A DNA stretch of 64,000 nucleotides from assembly GCA_030324005.1 (NCBI GenBank), contig JARDVH010000097.1, positions 23,433,045-23,497,044 on the forward strand. The letters are read 5' to 3'. The stretch is from Negaprion brevirostris. Its lineage: Eukaryota. The translations under genes and the position numbers were made by a program. Every line of letters begins with the position of its first letter. The first letter of the stretch is position 1. Below are positions 25,706 through 38,954 of the stretch, one piece after another. The notes under the pieces were generated by a model, which was not told the DNA's origin, did not search any database, and saw only the letters and a list, made by a program, of their open reading frames with translations.

Positions 25706-25938
25706 ATGTCTGTGTGGGTTTCTTCTGCGTGCTCCGGTTTCCTCCCACAGTCCAAAGATGTGCGGGTTAGGCTGATTGGCCATGCTAAATTAGTCCTTAG
25801 TGTCCCAAGATATCTAAGTTATGGGGATTAGCAGGATAAATATGTGGGCTTATGGGGTAGGCCTGGGTAACAGTTTGTGCAGACTTGTTGGGTCAAATGG
25901 CTCCTTCTGCACTGTAGGGATTCTATGATTCTATGATT
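25706..25938 (+). mobile_element. HE1 SINE, 5'-truncated, HER1-type tail
   Basis: gctccggtttcctcccacagtccaaagatgtgcgggttagg...ctgcactgtagggattctatgattctatga. Confidence 0.92.
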
Positions 25939-26497
25939 TTTAACAGGCAGCTCATGTTGGGAGCAAATTTTATTCAACCCAATATCTGACATGCCAGAAA
26001 GAAATACTGCAGGAACAACAAGGTTGCTCTCTGTATTCTATTGAATGAAGCTGATATTATTGATATCACTGCCCTCCAAATGTGTATTACCCATCCAACC
26101 TCTGAAAAAACTGGAAATTGACACCGTGTTACAGAATGTATTTTTTCCTAGTACTTGCAGAAGAAATGGAAGAGAAGGTATTACTACACCAATCTTATCT
26201 TGTCAGGTTTTGGCTATAGTTGAAAAATGCCCCCTTTCCAAAAAAGGTTATAACTAAGAATAAACAGTAGCTGATAATTCAAAGTGATTTTCTTTTTATG
26301 ACAGTCATTTGAGTCGTGAAATTAGTTAATTAAAGTTGTGCTTTCCATTGGAAAATCAATATAATTTTAACAAAATTGGACTGAATAGTAAAGTGGCACC
26401 ATCAGCAACCCTATTTGAAAATAGAATTTGTTCTATTTAAAATAGAATTTGTTCTAATTATCAAACAATTTAAGTTTATTGGACATTGTTAGTGCTA

Positions 26498-26810
26498 GGG
26501 CAGAACAGTGGCACATTGGTTGGCACTGCTGCCTCACACTGCCCGGGATCGGGTTCAATTCCAGTGTCGGGTCATTGTCTGTGTGAAGTTTGCATGCTCT
26601 CTCCATGTCTGTGTGGGTCTCCTCAAGGTGNNNNNNNNNNNNNACTAGTTTCCTCCCACAGCCCAAAGATGTGCCAGTTAGGTTGATTGGTCATGGTAAG
26701 TTCCCCTTAGGGTCAGGGGATGGGGATTCGATGGAATTTGTGTTGGTACAGGCTCGATGGGCTGAATGGTCTCCTCATCACTGTATAGATTCTAAGATTC
26801 TCTGATTCTA
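26498..26810 (+). mobile_element. HE1 SINE, full length
   Basis: Head with B box gggttcaattcc, V-domain, tail gattctaagattctctgattcta. Confidence 0.92.
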
Positions 26811-26811
26811 A

Positions 26812-27085
26812 GGAAGGTCTTGTGGTAGCATCCTGACCTCTTGACTAGAAGCTCCCGGTTTAAGTCCCACTTCAGGACATAGTGGCCACAGAAAGTGTAT
26901 TCATACTCCAGCCATTGATTATTAAACTGTGAGTCCTTCCAATTCATCTGAAGGCAGGCAATAAGAAAGTTTCTATGTCAGCTGTGCTGCAGAGGGCAAT
27001 GACAAACTACTGCAGTATTTTGTCAAGCAGAATCATGGGCCAATCTAATGGAAGTCCATGGTTATCAGTGCCCTCTCAAGGCATT
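26812..27085 (+). mobile_element. tRNA-derived SINE with RTE/BovB-like 3' part
   Basis: B-box-like cggtttaagtccc; agagggcaatgacaaactactgcagtattttgtcaag resembles the Bov-A motif gaaggcaatggcaacccactccagtattcttgcc. Confidence 0.6.
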
Positions 27086-28625
27086 AGGTTACAAAGCACC
27101 TAGAAATGCAAATTAATAGCTTTCTTTCAAAAATTGACATTATTGGGATAGAGTAATTTGAAACATGACATGCTAAATGAAGCATTCTTGAGAAGGAAAA
27201 GGAGATTTTGAGCCTATGGTTCCCAAAATGGTCCATCACTGAGATTTACCTCATGTTACTTCAGGGCTTGTTGGAGACTAATTTATAGACTGTTGCTATG
27301 ATTCATCAAAAACTCGATTAGTATTGTATCTTGTGGCTATTAGAATGCTGGGAGGCAAACTGGATGGACCTTGGTCTTTTTCATCTGGCACTTTCTATGT
27401 TTCTATAAAAGCAATTTCACTATTCTTGATCGTGATGGATGGGGCCACTCATTTTATATTTCATAGGTCAAGGAAGTTTGTACATTTCATACTTCTATTG
27501 ACTCATTAACTCCTTGAGGAACAATACAGTGATTCCCCCAAAATAGCTGGGTAATAATTTTGTCTTTATCTGCTTGTTCTTTTAAATCTTTTTATATCTT
27601 TTCCTATTTGATCCTTTCATGCACCTTCATAATCCATTCTCTTTTCCTCTCTGAGTTTCTATTTTAATCAAATTTACAATATTTCCTTGCCCTTTGATTG
27701 CTTTGTTGCCTGCTATATGTCTATCATTTTCTTCTGTTAGTTAGGGAGGTAGATAATTGAGCATGACACCCATGATGTGATATTTGCATTGTTGTGCCAT
27801 TGTCACTTTGGCTTTCCAGCAGTTTGCATTGCAAACAGTGCAATGTGACCTGTACGGTTAAAAAGTTCCATTCACATTATTGCAGCAATTTTTACTTGAT
27901 TTTTTTTTCTTTCATACAAGTTCACTCAGTTATCATTCACGGAGTATTATCCTGATAATTCTTTGTAACTGTTTAATTGCTTTTAACAAGTTAGAAATGA
28001 CGATGAATTGGTCTTCAATTCAGAAATGTTGATTAATGTAAACCCTTGTGATCTTTGTGGAGATCATGGATACCTCTGAAATTTAATTGGACAACTTAAA
28101 TTTACAAGCTTCATCAATCTCCGTGGGATCTGTAAAATATTAATTGGATCTCATGGACGACCTCACTTCATGAAGGTAGAACAACTCTGTGCTTAAGCTA
28201 AAATGGCAAGGGAACCCCTAACCGACACCCCCTCCCCCTCCTCTATCTGATAACGACCATTTTCACTGAGGGAGAGGATTAATTTGGAGTGCTTCACACA
28301 TCTATGGCTCATGGCGACAGCGATACATTTAAAAGTAACACTGCCTTCATTCAGAAGCGATTTTCAGCACCAAGGTTCCTGAAGAAAGTGCCATCAACAT
28401 CAGCCAACCAGTGGGTTTTATGAATTTGAAGAAAAAGTCTTAACCTACTGAACAATGTCCTTGGAGTGGTCAGATATCCTTTTGGAGAGCTCAGGCACAT
28501 TTGGGTTTCTAAATGTCTGTAAAAGTTGGATAAGGTCTGTGGAATTGTCAAGCTGGCAAGTCATTTAAATCTCCTGTTTTTTAAATTTTGAAAATAACCA
28601 GTCTGCCTGCTGTTCAGTTCAACAC

Positions 28626-28859
28626 TAGAACCATAGACTCCCTCCAGTACAGAAGGAGGCCATTCAGTTCATCCAGTCTGAGCCAACTTTCCAAAAAGAG
28701 CATCTGACCCAGGCCCACACCCTTGCCCTATCCCCATAACCCCATACATTTACCATGGCTAATCTACCTAACTGACACATCTTTGGACATTAAGGGACAA
28801 TTTAGCATAGTCAATCTATCTAACCTACACATCTTTACATGTAGGAAGAGACTGGAGCC
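28626..28859 (-). mobile_element. HE1 SINE 3' part
   Basis: tagaaccatagactccctccagtacagaaggaggccattcag...atctttggac. Confidence 0.85.
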
Positions 28860-29518
28860 ATGTTGATTAGAATTTCTCCAGCAAGTGAACAGGTTGCCCA
28901 CATACTAACTGTAGTAAAGAGATTCATTTAACTCTTACTTTTGATAACCTTCTTTCAATAGCAGAGAAGATACTACTCTGACAGGATTGCACCATTCAGT
29001 AAAAGTCCTTTATAAACATAGGTTATTCAATGGAGCTTTAAGTTCTTTATTTAAACCACAGAGGGAAAGCTTGCCTTCCCATGGTCCATCTTTCATAGAC
29101 TTGCTTCATTAAACTTCTATCACCCTTGGTTCCACAGATGTTTTCAAATTGTTATTATATACAGAGCAACAGCTTTTATTCTCCTGGTTACATATCCCAG
29201 GACTACTAAGATAGATAAACAATCAAAATCACTCAAATCACTGACATTTTAAAAGTTGTTGCTTGTTGAATTAAGAAAAAGAGTCAATCTGTTGTTACAA
29301 AGTACAGGCAAACTTACACAGCTGTTTGCAAAAATTCTTTGCATTTCAAAAGAATACACATTCTGAGTCACCATTAATGTCAACTTCTTGCAACCTTCAG
29401 GTGAACTCAAAACCTTAAACACTAGGCATCACACAAGTTGGCAGAATTGCCAACTTTTCACTGCATTCCAGACATGCTTATCTCCCATAGCTGGTATTTA
29501 CAACTCCCTGAAACATCT

Positions 29519-30120
29519 TGGGTGGGATGTAGTGAGGGACCTTACCCATCAATTGGAGAACCAGTGGGAGCCCCGTGTTGCTTCTCTCCAGGGTTCCCAA
29601 TGCAATAATAAGGTCATCAGGCATCGGACCTTCTACTCAATTAAACTCTCAGTAGGTTGAAAACCCTGCTCCCAAGATGTACCAGCTAATCAGATATTGA
29701 CAATTTTGCACTACCTGCAACATCACCAAAATCGGGGACCGGTGCTAGTGGACCCATAGAAGCGATCAGTGAAGAATCTCTGGATAGAGTATGGGTGGGA
29801 TGGAGATTGTGGAGATGGGGTCCCCAACAGGATGGGGTAGAGGCCAGTTGGAAACAAAGCTAGCAAACCTTTCAGGATTTGCTCAGTGGCCTCCCTAGAA
29901 TGCGAGGCCACAGTCCAACATTGGTATTCACCCAGTAGCAATGGAACATTGCCCCCTAAACATCCCTTAAGTGGCTATTTGAGAGCCTCAAGTGTCCTCC
30001 AGGCAGGTGGGTTTCCCTTCACTGTTTCTGAAGGGGGCATAAATAGGAGGAGGCAGGAAGATTCACAGGTTCCACCCTGCAAACTCCCACTTGATCAAAT
30101 GGACCTGTCTGACCACTGAA
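29519..30120. mobile_element. Probable decayed non-autonomous DNA transposon
   Basis: GC-richer block starting gggtgggat, similar in style to other Harbinger-derived pieces; no peptide evidence. Confidence 0.35.
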
Positions 30121-30450
30121 CTTGCGTCAGTTCATATTAAAGTCTGCTCCTTATCTCCACGTTGTAAACTCAATTCCAGCGTTTCTTGTTCATATTTACA
30201 TGTTAGCAATTAATAATGTCCAGGACTCTTCAGAATGGTGATTTAATTACTTATCAAGCTACTTAAACATGATGTCTCAGTAAACTTCTGCACACCAATT
30301 AACTTTGCATTCCAGCAAGCATTTTTTCATTAGGCATAGGTTAGCTGGAAGAATTAACACTGTTGTGAAGAATGGCTGTTTGCTGGCTTCAGCTGTCTTG
30401 GTCAAGTTAACAATGGCTTAAAGAGTGCTCATTTTCATTGCAGTCCAATA

Positions 30451-30755
30451 GTAGAATCATAGACTCTCGACAGTGCAGAAGGATGCCATTCGGCCCATTG
30501 AATTTGCACTGACCACAATTCCACCCATGTCATATTGCCATAACCTCACATATTTACCCTGCTAAGCCCCCTGAGACTTGGGTCAATGTATGGCCAATCA
30601 GCCTAACTTGCATATCTTTGGACTGTGGGAGGAAACCAGAGCACCCAGACGAAACCCATGTAGATATGGCGAGAACATGCAAACTCCACACAAGCAGTGA
30701 TCCGAGGCTGGAATTGAACCCAGGCCCCTGGTGCTGTGAGGCAGCAGTGCTAAAC
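30451..30755 (-). mobile_element. HE1 SINE
   Basis: Full reverse HE1 pattern. Confidence 0.92.
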
Positions 30756-30907
30756 AGCCTGTAGCTTTTAGCAGGATGCTTTATTTTAAGAAAAGTGTTC
30801 TAGCCTTGCAAATCATGCTGCTAAAGATTGGTTAATAGCAACACCGCATCATGGGTGATAGCGAGTCAGCAGTCTGTTCTATATTCTGTCTGATTTTCTT
30901 TTCAAAG

Positions 30908-31052
30908 GGAAACTGGACAAGAAGCAAACTGGGCAGCTGCTACTCTGCTACTCAATTTGCACTTCCACAAAGACTGATTTCAAAATTGCTGGTATTTGGC
31001 TGCTCAGCAATCAAGTAATCGTATCAACAAATCCTGAGAGGAATCCTTGCAG
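30908..31052 (+). other. Candidate exon (145 nt) of an unidentified gene
   Basis: Acceptor tgattttcttttcaaag and consensus donor cag|gtaagt; one open frame KLDKKQTGQLLLCYSICTSTKTDFKIAGIWLLSNQVIVSTNPERNPC, not recognised. Confidence 0.25.
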
Positions 31053-31134
31053 GTAAGTTATGAAATGTCTCCGTGAAATATTTATTGTAAGACTATTCTG
31101 TTGATCTGATATAAAAAAAAATCCATAAAGAAGC

Positions 31135-31310
31135 TTGGCTCAAACGAAGCAGTTTAATCCCTGAGTTGGAAGATCATGGATTCAAATCTCACTCTGCAAG
31201 TTTACACATAATCCACACTAACACTTGGTCTAATTGGGAGGGTGTGCAGTATTTTTGGACCTTACATCTTTTGGATAAGACAGTGAAGGATAAACTTACC
31301 TGTTGTTCAC
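31135..31310 (+). mobile_element. Decayed Deu-SINE 5' part
   Basis: ctgagttggaagatcatggattcaaatctcactc...cacataatccacactaacact. Confidence 0.6.
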
Positions 31311-32149
31311 CCATTTCTTGAGCATTCTAGTAAAATTGCTTGATCAATTTCAAGATCAAGATCTTTCATGCACAATTTCCGTCAGAAGCAGTCAATATTA
31401 CATTAAAAACAGGCAAGATATACAGGGTGCCTCCCAAAACCAGCAATAAGGATCTTATACTTGCAATTTGGGTTCTAACTGGAGCTGTTGTCCCCAGACT
31501 GAAACTGATGTACAAATGGAAAGAAGTGCAGCAGGCCAAGCAATGATCCGTGAAGAGACTTTTGGAGGACACTCCAAGATAAGCCAACAAACCTTTTGTA
31601 CTTTGAGCTTGCATTATTATTTATTTTTCATATGGTTGGGGATGCAATTGTAATTCAGTGTTGAGGTTAACAAATGGCTTCAGCTGAGGTAGTTTCACTG
31701 AGTTGTGATAGCTCCAGGAATGGATCTCCTTGGGCAGAAGATCAATATATAGATGATGATCTGACTTGGATAACCACTGTCACAATTTGAGCAATTTCCT
31801 TATGTTCTACTTGCAGACCAATTGGCCACACCTTCTCTGCCCCATCTTCAAGCAGTTGAGGATATTGTGTTAATACATTAAAGAATCAATTAATTATTAA
31901 GCACATGTGAACATCAGATCTGTGCACTGTGCCCTGCTCAAAACAAAATTGAAAGTAAGACCAGATTGCATGACATATTTCCCTTCCATTGATTTAATGT
32001 TGATATCCCTCAAAGACACATTAGAACAAAGGGCTGTCCACATTTTTCATGGGAGTTGAAACTTGGGACTTTCCCATGCTGGTCTGACAGCATCAGTGGA
32101 GAGAGAATAGAGTCAATGTTTCAAATCTGGATGACCTTTCATCTGTTCT

Positions 32150-32578
32150 CACCGAACTGAGGTCCCTCCCTCTTAGCAGTACCTGTTACCTGGTGGGCAC
32201 TGCTAGAGTGCCAGGTTGCTAGTGCCAGGTTGCCCTGTGGGCAATGCCAAGGTGCCAGGCTGTCATTGTCAGGCTGGCGTTGCCCATTGCTGGGGATCAG
32301 CTGTGATCCCTGCTGGCGTGCATCTCCACAAGTGAGGTTCACACCAGCAAATGTGGTCAATTGCATCCGAAGCTCACCAAAGAGATTTGAATTAAGTGAT
32401 GAATATTAAAATCAGCCTCGTACTGCCCCCCTGCGAGAAGCTGATTAAGTCAACAAAAGTGGCTTGGGAAGGTCATGCCTGGCTGGAAGCTAGTCAAAAT
32501 TGTCTTTATTGGAATCCCTCTTATATTTCCTGCCCGTCTGCTAACCGACCAGTGTAGTGAGACAGGAAAATCATGCCC
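32150..32578. mobile_element. Non-autonomous Harbinger-type fragment
   Basis: tgccagg repeats at 32200-32280; TIR-like end ggaaaatcatgccc. Confidence 0.55.
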
Positions 32579-32755
32579 TATGAATTGAAGTGCCATCTGC
32601 TGCCTATGCCCTAATGCTGCTTTCTCTAATCTTTGGAAAGCTGAACTGAGATGATGTCATGAATGGTTAATAAAGCTGCTTTATTTCACAGACAGCAAGT
32701 AAATCTACAGGGTTATTATGAGTGCAGTAAAAGCAAATTTCACTTATTCAATTGC

Positions 32756-33053
32756 CGCAAAGGCACATTGGGGAAAGGCCACACAATAAGGCCTTTTAAC
32801 GGAGGCAGACTGAGGGTCGGGGAACTGCAGAATACCTTCGACCTGCATAACTGTGTGCCAATCTGAGCAATAACGGCACACAGTAATTTATTGAGGCATG
32901 TATATAGCTTTAAGTTTTGAGATGTAATTACTGTAATTTGTATAAATCTGTAAATATGTTTTGATTCTGCACTGTTTGTAATTCAAAGCCATGTAGATTT
33001 GCAATAGTTTATTTGAGATTTTTATGAATAAAATATATTTTTGGAAAAAAAAA
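32756..33053 (+). mobile_element. 5'-truncated Tx1/L1-type LINE with poly(A) and 16-bp TSD
   Basis: TSD tcacttattcaattgc at 32740-32755 and 33054-33069; ORF end AKAHWGKATQ*; aataaa then A9. Confidence 0.88.
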
Positions 33054-33989
33054 TCACTTATTCAATTGCACTCCTCTCAAAAGCACAGGTCCTTTTGTAG
33101 ACTCATTTACTTTTCAAGTTAATTTTCTTCCAGACTTCTTTGAAAAACAAAAACCGATATTCTGAATGTTCAGCTTCTAGCTTAGGGCCAAAGTCTGCAA
33201 GTCACAGTTCAAATTGTGATTCCTCACGTATTTGTTTGTTCCATCCATGAACTAGGGCCCTTTCACCAGGCCTATCAACCAAACTGACTGCCCACATTTC
33301 CAAGAGAGCATTATATGCAGATACTATGTTCATGTGGACAAAAGCATCCTCATCACGTTGTGTATGAATGTCTGTTTGGCCGCTTGAGATTAGAAAACTA
33401 ATTGCTTAATGTCCTTAGTCATCTGGCTAATGGACCCGAAATGAGTTAATAGATCTTGTTTATTTGTTTGAAAAAGGCTGTGAATTGTGTCTCAAAACTG
33501 GTTCATCTGGTTTAGTACATCATTCTGATTTTGGCAGACAGTTCCACAGAAACCTCCTCAGAGGATGCATTTAGCGAACACTTAAGCAGTTGGGAGGAAA
33601 AAGGAGGCTAGCAAATTACGAGGCGAAGACACGGCGCACTATTTTCAGGCCCCTATGCCACGGCCCAACTGTGGGCATGGGCAGGGCAGGAAAATTTGGA
33701 GAATCATCAGACTGTTTTGCTGCAGCTAGTGTTGTAAGAAATGGGTCGTGGCTTCCTTTCCCAATACTCTGCTGCACTCAATTGAAGGCTTTGGGGAACC
33801 CACTGCACTGCATTTTTCAGTGCAAACTGTAGTCTAGCATAAGTAAAAAGGAGCAGCTTGCTTTCCATTCCATTCCTCAGAAGCTGAGACCCATTACATA
33901 TGCTGTAAAAATGAAGAAACCAAAAGAGATAGAACAGCAGAAAGATCTATTGATACAAATAATCGTAAGTTGTAAGGCAATGAAAATGG

Positions 33990-34222
33990 CAAACAAAGCA
34001 TTGGATTTAATTCCAGGCATATTGAATTCAAAAGTAGTAAAATTATGTTAACTTGTGGCAGATTCCAGATCAGGCCACACTGAGAGCATTGTGCACAATC
34101 CTAGTCTCTAGACTAGAGAAAGGGATGTGGACGCACTGGAAGAAATGAAACAAAAAAGGATTGCAAGGATGGTTCCAGAACTGTACAGCGACAGCTATTA
34201 GGAAAGATTGAACAGGATGACC
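33990..34222 (+). mobile_element. Old CR1 RT fragment
   Basis: caggccacactgagagcattgtgcacaatcctagtctc...gcactggaaga matches the CR1 RT C-terminal pattern seen at 12622-12807 and 56298-56489. Confidence 0.7.
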
Positions 34223-36189
34223 TTTTCATTCTTTCATCTATTAAGTTCAAAATTATTTTTAGAAGGCATGCATAACAAATTGAAGGAGAACCAAAAGAAT
34301 GAGTTACACTGACAGTTATTCTTGTCTTTCACTATTCCTGGCTTCCACCCTCAATGAAAAAGTGAAATTGGTAATAATTAGTAAAATTATCTCTGTTATA
34401 GAGACAGCAGTATTCCTCCATAGGAAATTAAAATGATCCTATGGGAAGAACCATCTTCTCTCTTAAACCCAGTTAATTCAACTTTATTTGCACAGCATCT
34501 GCATGAGATTTTTTTTCATTGCTGTTGCATTTGCTCTCTCAACAATGGCGTATGAAGGAGAGGAGCACACAGATATGGCAGGAAGTGAAGCAACCTGCTC
34601 ATCACCTACCCTTCAAACAGCATCTGCAGCAGTTGAGTAGATCTCCTTCCAGGGGTGGTTTCACAGATGTGCTGCTCAGCTGTATATTCCATTCTTCCTC
34701 AGAGAGAATTGCAAGTCTCAGAGCCACAATATTTAAATAACTCATTACAGTACAAAGTAGTCCATAACTAATCATGAAATGAATGTAAATGTAAGACCAA
34801 ATTTGTTAATCCTACACACCCAGCATGGAGCCATGCTCAAAGGCAGCAGGGGGTTTAGAGAATTGGCATTGCAGTGTTGCAACCCAATCTCCAGCCCAAG
34901 CTTTCTTGGAAGACTGCTCCCTGCTGGGTCCATTGGCTCAGTCAATTTACTCTACATTGTTCAATACAAACACTTAAGCAGGCAGTGCACACAATTCTTA
35001 AAAGATGAATTACATTTTAATTTTTTCTGTTTGATTTCAAAACCTAGAGGCTGATTACACACATAAAAGGAAATACTTTGGTTTGCAGATGTCAGAGATC
35101 GACATATTAGTATTGCAGAATTGTCAGTGAATCAGATGATACAGATTTGTTGCTCTTCTTAACTTCTAATAGCTTTCTGCCTCGTTGAGCTGGATTAAGC
35201 TCTTTGACAGTTCCTTAACAGTTAAGTCGTTGTTAAGTCACTTGAGAATGGCATAACAAGCTTTACTGAAGGCCTGATTGACCAGATTTCTGTTAGTCAG
35301 GCTAGTGAAATCCTGTTAAATAAACTGACTGGACTAAATTTTCCACTGAAGTTATGGTAGACTGGAGTGGGAAACATTTCAGGAGCCTAACTATGGTTCA
35401 CGGTATGGTCCCATTACTTCCAGAAATGATATTAATCATACACCCTGTCCATTATGGGCAGGCTTGGAGGGCCGAAGGGCCTGTTCCGGTGCTGTAATTA
35501 TCTTTGCTCTTATAGTAATTAACTTGATATATTTCCTGATATTGGTGTCTAATGGTGCATTTTAATGTCCTTGCTTATCTTTGCAGCATTGATCACTTAA
35601 AAGGCTCCATAATCCAGTCCATGTGTTAAACCACTTTATTTTGGGGAAAAAAGCTGGCAAGAATTTTTACGCACTTTGTGCATGCATGGCGGGTAGGATC
35701 GGAAGAGGGCCACATTTACACAAGCTCCGCCAGACCAATAAATGGACATGATCCTGCATTGATTAGCCATGTAAGGACTGGCCAGCGTGAAGCATATCCA
35801 GATAGGGTCTGCTAGTTTGGCAGGGATAAGGCACCAGGTCCAATGTCAGCCTGGTGGGAAACTTAAAAGTGGCTGCCAAAAACTGCTGCAGTCATTAGAG
35901 GAGACAGAGGGAGGTCTGCAGCGTAGCAGCAGCAGCACCCAGAAGATACTCCGGGCAGAGGTCTCTTCAAGTGGACAGCTAGCCCCCGATTCTTGAATGA
36001 CTCGTTGCACACCCTTTACAGACATCAATAATCCCATTAGTTATGTTACACCAAACTTGTATATTCAGATACCGAATGCAGTGGTGTGGGATATGGGAAA
36101 AGGTCCTGCACCTTGTACTTTCTGATGTTCTAAAATGCTTTTTTCTGCACATTAGTCTTTTGAAGTGACAGTATAACTTTGCAATAAAG

Positions 36190-37500
36190 CAGTGTCTGCC
36201 AGGATGGACCCAATGCAGAATAGCAGGAGGAGGCCACTCCTCTCACTAAGAGGACCTGGCTAAAGGTGGCAGTTGAGGTCAGCAGGCACAACCTGATTCT
36301 AGGCATGTGGATACAATGCTGGAAAAGATTCAATGATCTTCCATGCTCGGCAAAGAAAGTTTTGAGTTGGCATTGTCTAGAACTGTGGAAGGGTGCCCAT
36401 CCTGAGTTAATTCAGAAGTGTAGGAATCAGGGAGCCACAGAACACACCTCTGCCCAGGTGTGTTAAGGCTGTAGAGAAAATCCTGGATCCATCAAGGAGT
36501 CAGATGTGGCGAACATGTACATGCCTCACGGGTGATGGACAGCATAGTATAGTGCTGCATGCTGAGGATTGAGTATTGAATTGAACATTGCACTTGCAGG
36601 AGAAATGTAGCCAAAACGATGCTGAGAGATCTGTCACTGGTTGGTATGTGGCCAATCCTCACCAACCATGAGCTGAGCCCCTGGAGCTTGAGTACGAGTG
36701 AGGAGGAAAGTCCTCAGGTTGTAGAGCGGCTGGTGTCTTTGAGGAAGTAAAGAACCCAGTGAGCAGAAGCAGTATAAGCAGAGAGAGTGAAAATAATAGA
36801 GGGTCATCTCATCCCTCTTAAAGGCTCCTGAGAAAGAGAGTCACTAATCACTAAGCCACAGTGATGCCATTGATATCACTCATACACAGCCTCACAGCAT
36901 GGACATTGGCAATGTGATATGACTAATAAGACTGGCCTATTGTTTTCCTCTTCACATAAACCAGCACCCAGCCAGGAAGCTGACTACCATCTGATAACAC
37001 CAGAGCAAGTGTGGATGGCTGATGTACCAAGCACAGGTGCAGATCCTGGTACATCAGTTGTGAAAAGCTCATCTACTCAGTTGAAAGCGCACAGAGCTGA
37101 GGGCAAATTGTGGCCACTGGTGCAGGTGGTAGAGGCAGGTTGTGCCCAGGGTGCAGACAGTCAGAGGATTGCTGGAGACCAGGACCAAGCTGAGTCTGAG
37201 GCAGATCATAAGCCTCTGGGGTCAGTAAATTGGTGGCAAATGTTGAATGTCCAGCATGGTATGCAGGGAAATCTGGTGGAAATTTCTGAAGATCTGCATT
37301 CCATGGTTTCTGTCATAGAGGACTCCCTGTGAAGGAAGAGCATTCTATTGAACCTAAGTTACGAACCCACAGCCTCATCCATTGAGACGATGGGAAATCT
37401 CATGCAGAGGCAATCCCCGGGACAGAATCAGGAGTTGCTGAGATTGCAGTCAGACCTGCAAACCCTCACACAGACAATAACCCAGAGGTCACTGACAGTG
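36190..37500 (+). mobile_element. Decayed Harbinger Myb/SANT-like gene (multi-exon)
   Basis: TKRTWLKVAVEVSRHNLILGMWIQCWKRFNDL; acceptor cacttgcag then EKCSQNDAERSVTG at ~36600; coiled-coil-like QMLNVQHGMQGNLVEISEDLHSMVSVIEDS. Confidence 0.8.
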
Positions 37501-37649
37501 TAGGAAATGGATATGGCATTCATTCTCACAAATGGATGCCCATCGATCGGGGTGAGCAAGAAAGTCGACACATACCTCACCATGGTGGATGAGCTGTTTG
37601 TCCTGTTTTGTTGCCTCCTCTGATTGCACCCTGATTGAGAGCATCAGCA

Positions 37650-37819
37650 TCCAAAGATGTGCAGGTTAGGTGGATTGACCAGGGAAAATGCTCGCGGTTA
37701 CGGAAATGGGGTGGGGGGTGGTGCGAGCGGTGGGCCTGAGTAAAATGCTCTGTTGGAAAGTCGGTGCATGCTCAATGGGCTGAATGGCCCCCTTCTGCAC
37801 TGTAGGCATTCTATGATTC
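37650..37819 (+). mobile_element. HE1 SINE 3' part
   Basis: tccaaagatgtgcaggttaggtggattgacc...ctgcactgtaggcattctatgattc. Confidence 0.88.
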
Positions 37820-38654
37820 AATGGTTCTTCATTTCTCTGCCAGTCACCACTCCATCCTTAGAGTCTACCATGACTGATGTTGCTGAGTGCATCTACCCAG
37901 ACAAAGCCTGCTCAAGTCATGTCTGCCAGAGAACGACAAACAAAGTAATCTGGGGCATCAAGGCAGTACAGTTAGTTGTAATGCTATTACNNNNNNNNNN
38001 NNNNNNNNNNNNNNNNNNNNNNNNNNNNNNNNNNNNNNNNNNNNNNNNNNNNNNNNNNNNNNNNNNNNNNNNNNNNNNNNNNNNNNNNNNACCAAGACAT
38101 GGTAAACGGGAGCTTAAGGCACAGTGAGTTCAGCAATGGATTGGCACAGGCAGCTTATATTTTTTGTAAATGTCACATCCGATTGGATGTTTTCTTTCAT
38201 ATCACTTAAATGTCATGAGAAAAATGACTAATTTACTTAACAGCCCTGAGTATTCTGTATATTTAGTGGATATTTGCTCATCAATGCCGAATGAAAGACA
38301 TTTGAGGCAGCAAACTTTATTACTGAGACAGTGATGTGACATTGGGCTCATGGCATGATAATGCAAATATGTCTGGAAAGGAGACATGGGCCTTGGTCCC
38401 AAATGGATAAGCCTTGACAACTGAGATGAAAGAAGGCTGAAGATCTTTCTTGTGAGCCTGCTTCCATAAAGGTTTCTCATTTCAGTCTTTACATCCTCAC
38501 CATTTGCCTGCCAAGCTCTGCATCTGAGCCACCACTGAATTCCTCCACTGAAGCAGGTACAGTCCATTGGAATCTAATTTTAAGCAGACCTATTTTGTAC
38601 ACTCCACCACCATCTTTGGGGAGACATAGCAGCGATTGTTATCTTTCCTCTGTT

Positions 38655-38838
38655 TCTCTGGGGACTACAGGTTAATGGTCTGGCATGTTGGATAAATATC
38701 CAATTGTAAAGATGGAAGATCTGTATGCAAAGCTGGTAGGAGGACAATCTTATACAAAGTTGGATATGAATCACATACATCAGCAACTTGAATTAGACAA
38801 TGCTTTCTGAGGTTATGTCATGATAAACACACAGAAGA
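38655..38838 (+). mobile_element. Ty3/Gypsy reverse transcriptase fragment
   Basis: LDKYPIVKMEDLYAKLVGGQSYTKLDMNHIHQQLELD...VMINTQK. Confidence 0.85.
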
Positions 38839-38954
38839 ATCCAAAATAGAGGAGTCACAGAGCTCTACTAGGAAGTTCCATGAAACTTCTAATGGACTTG
38901 AACTGAGTAAATTGATTATTGTCAATTGTACAAAAGAGCTTAGAGGGGGAGGGA

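Noticed and set aside
26419-26456. Tandem aaaatagaatttgttcta duplication (also agataagtct twice at 58863-58884)
   Set aside because: Two-unit slippage duplications; no spacers, not CRISPR-like
26498-26575. tRNA genes at SINE heads
   Set aside because: A/B boxes continue into SINE bodies; no complete cloverleaf or terminator
34544-34639. Short ATG ORF MAYEGEEHTDMAGSEATCSSPTLQTASAAVE
   Set aside because: 31 codons, no recognised homology, no supporting splice or promoter signal
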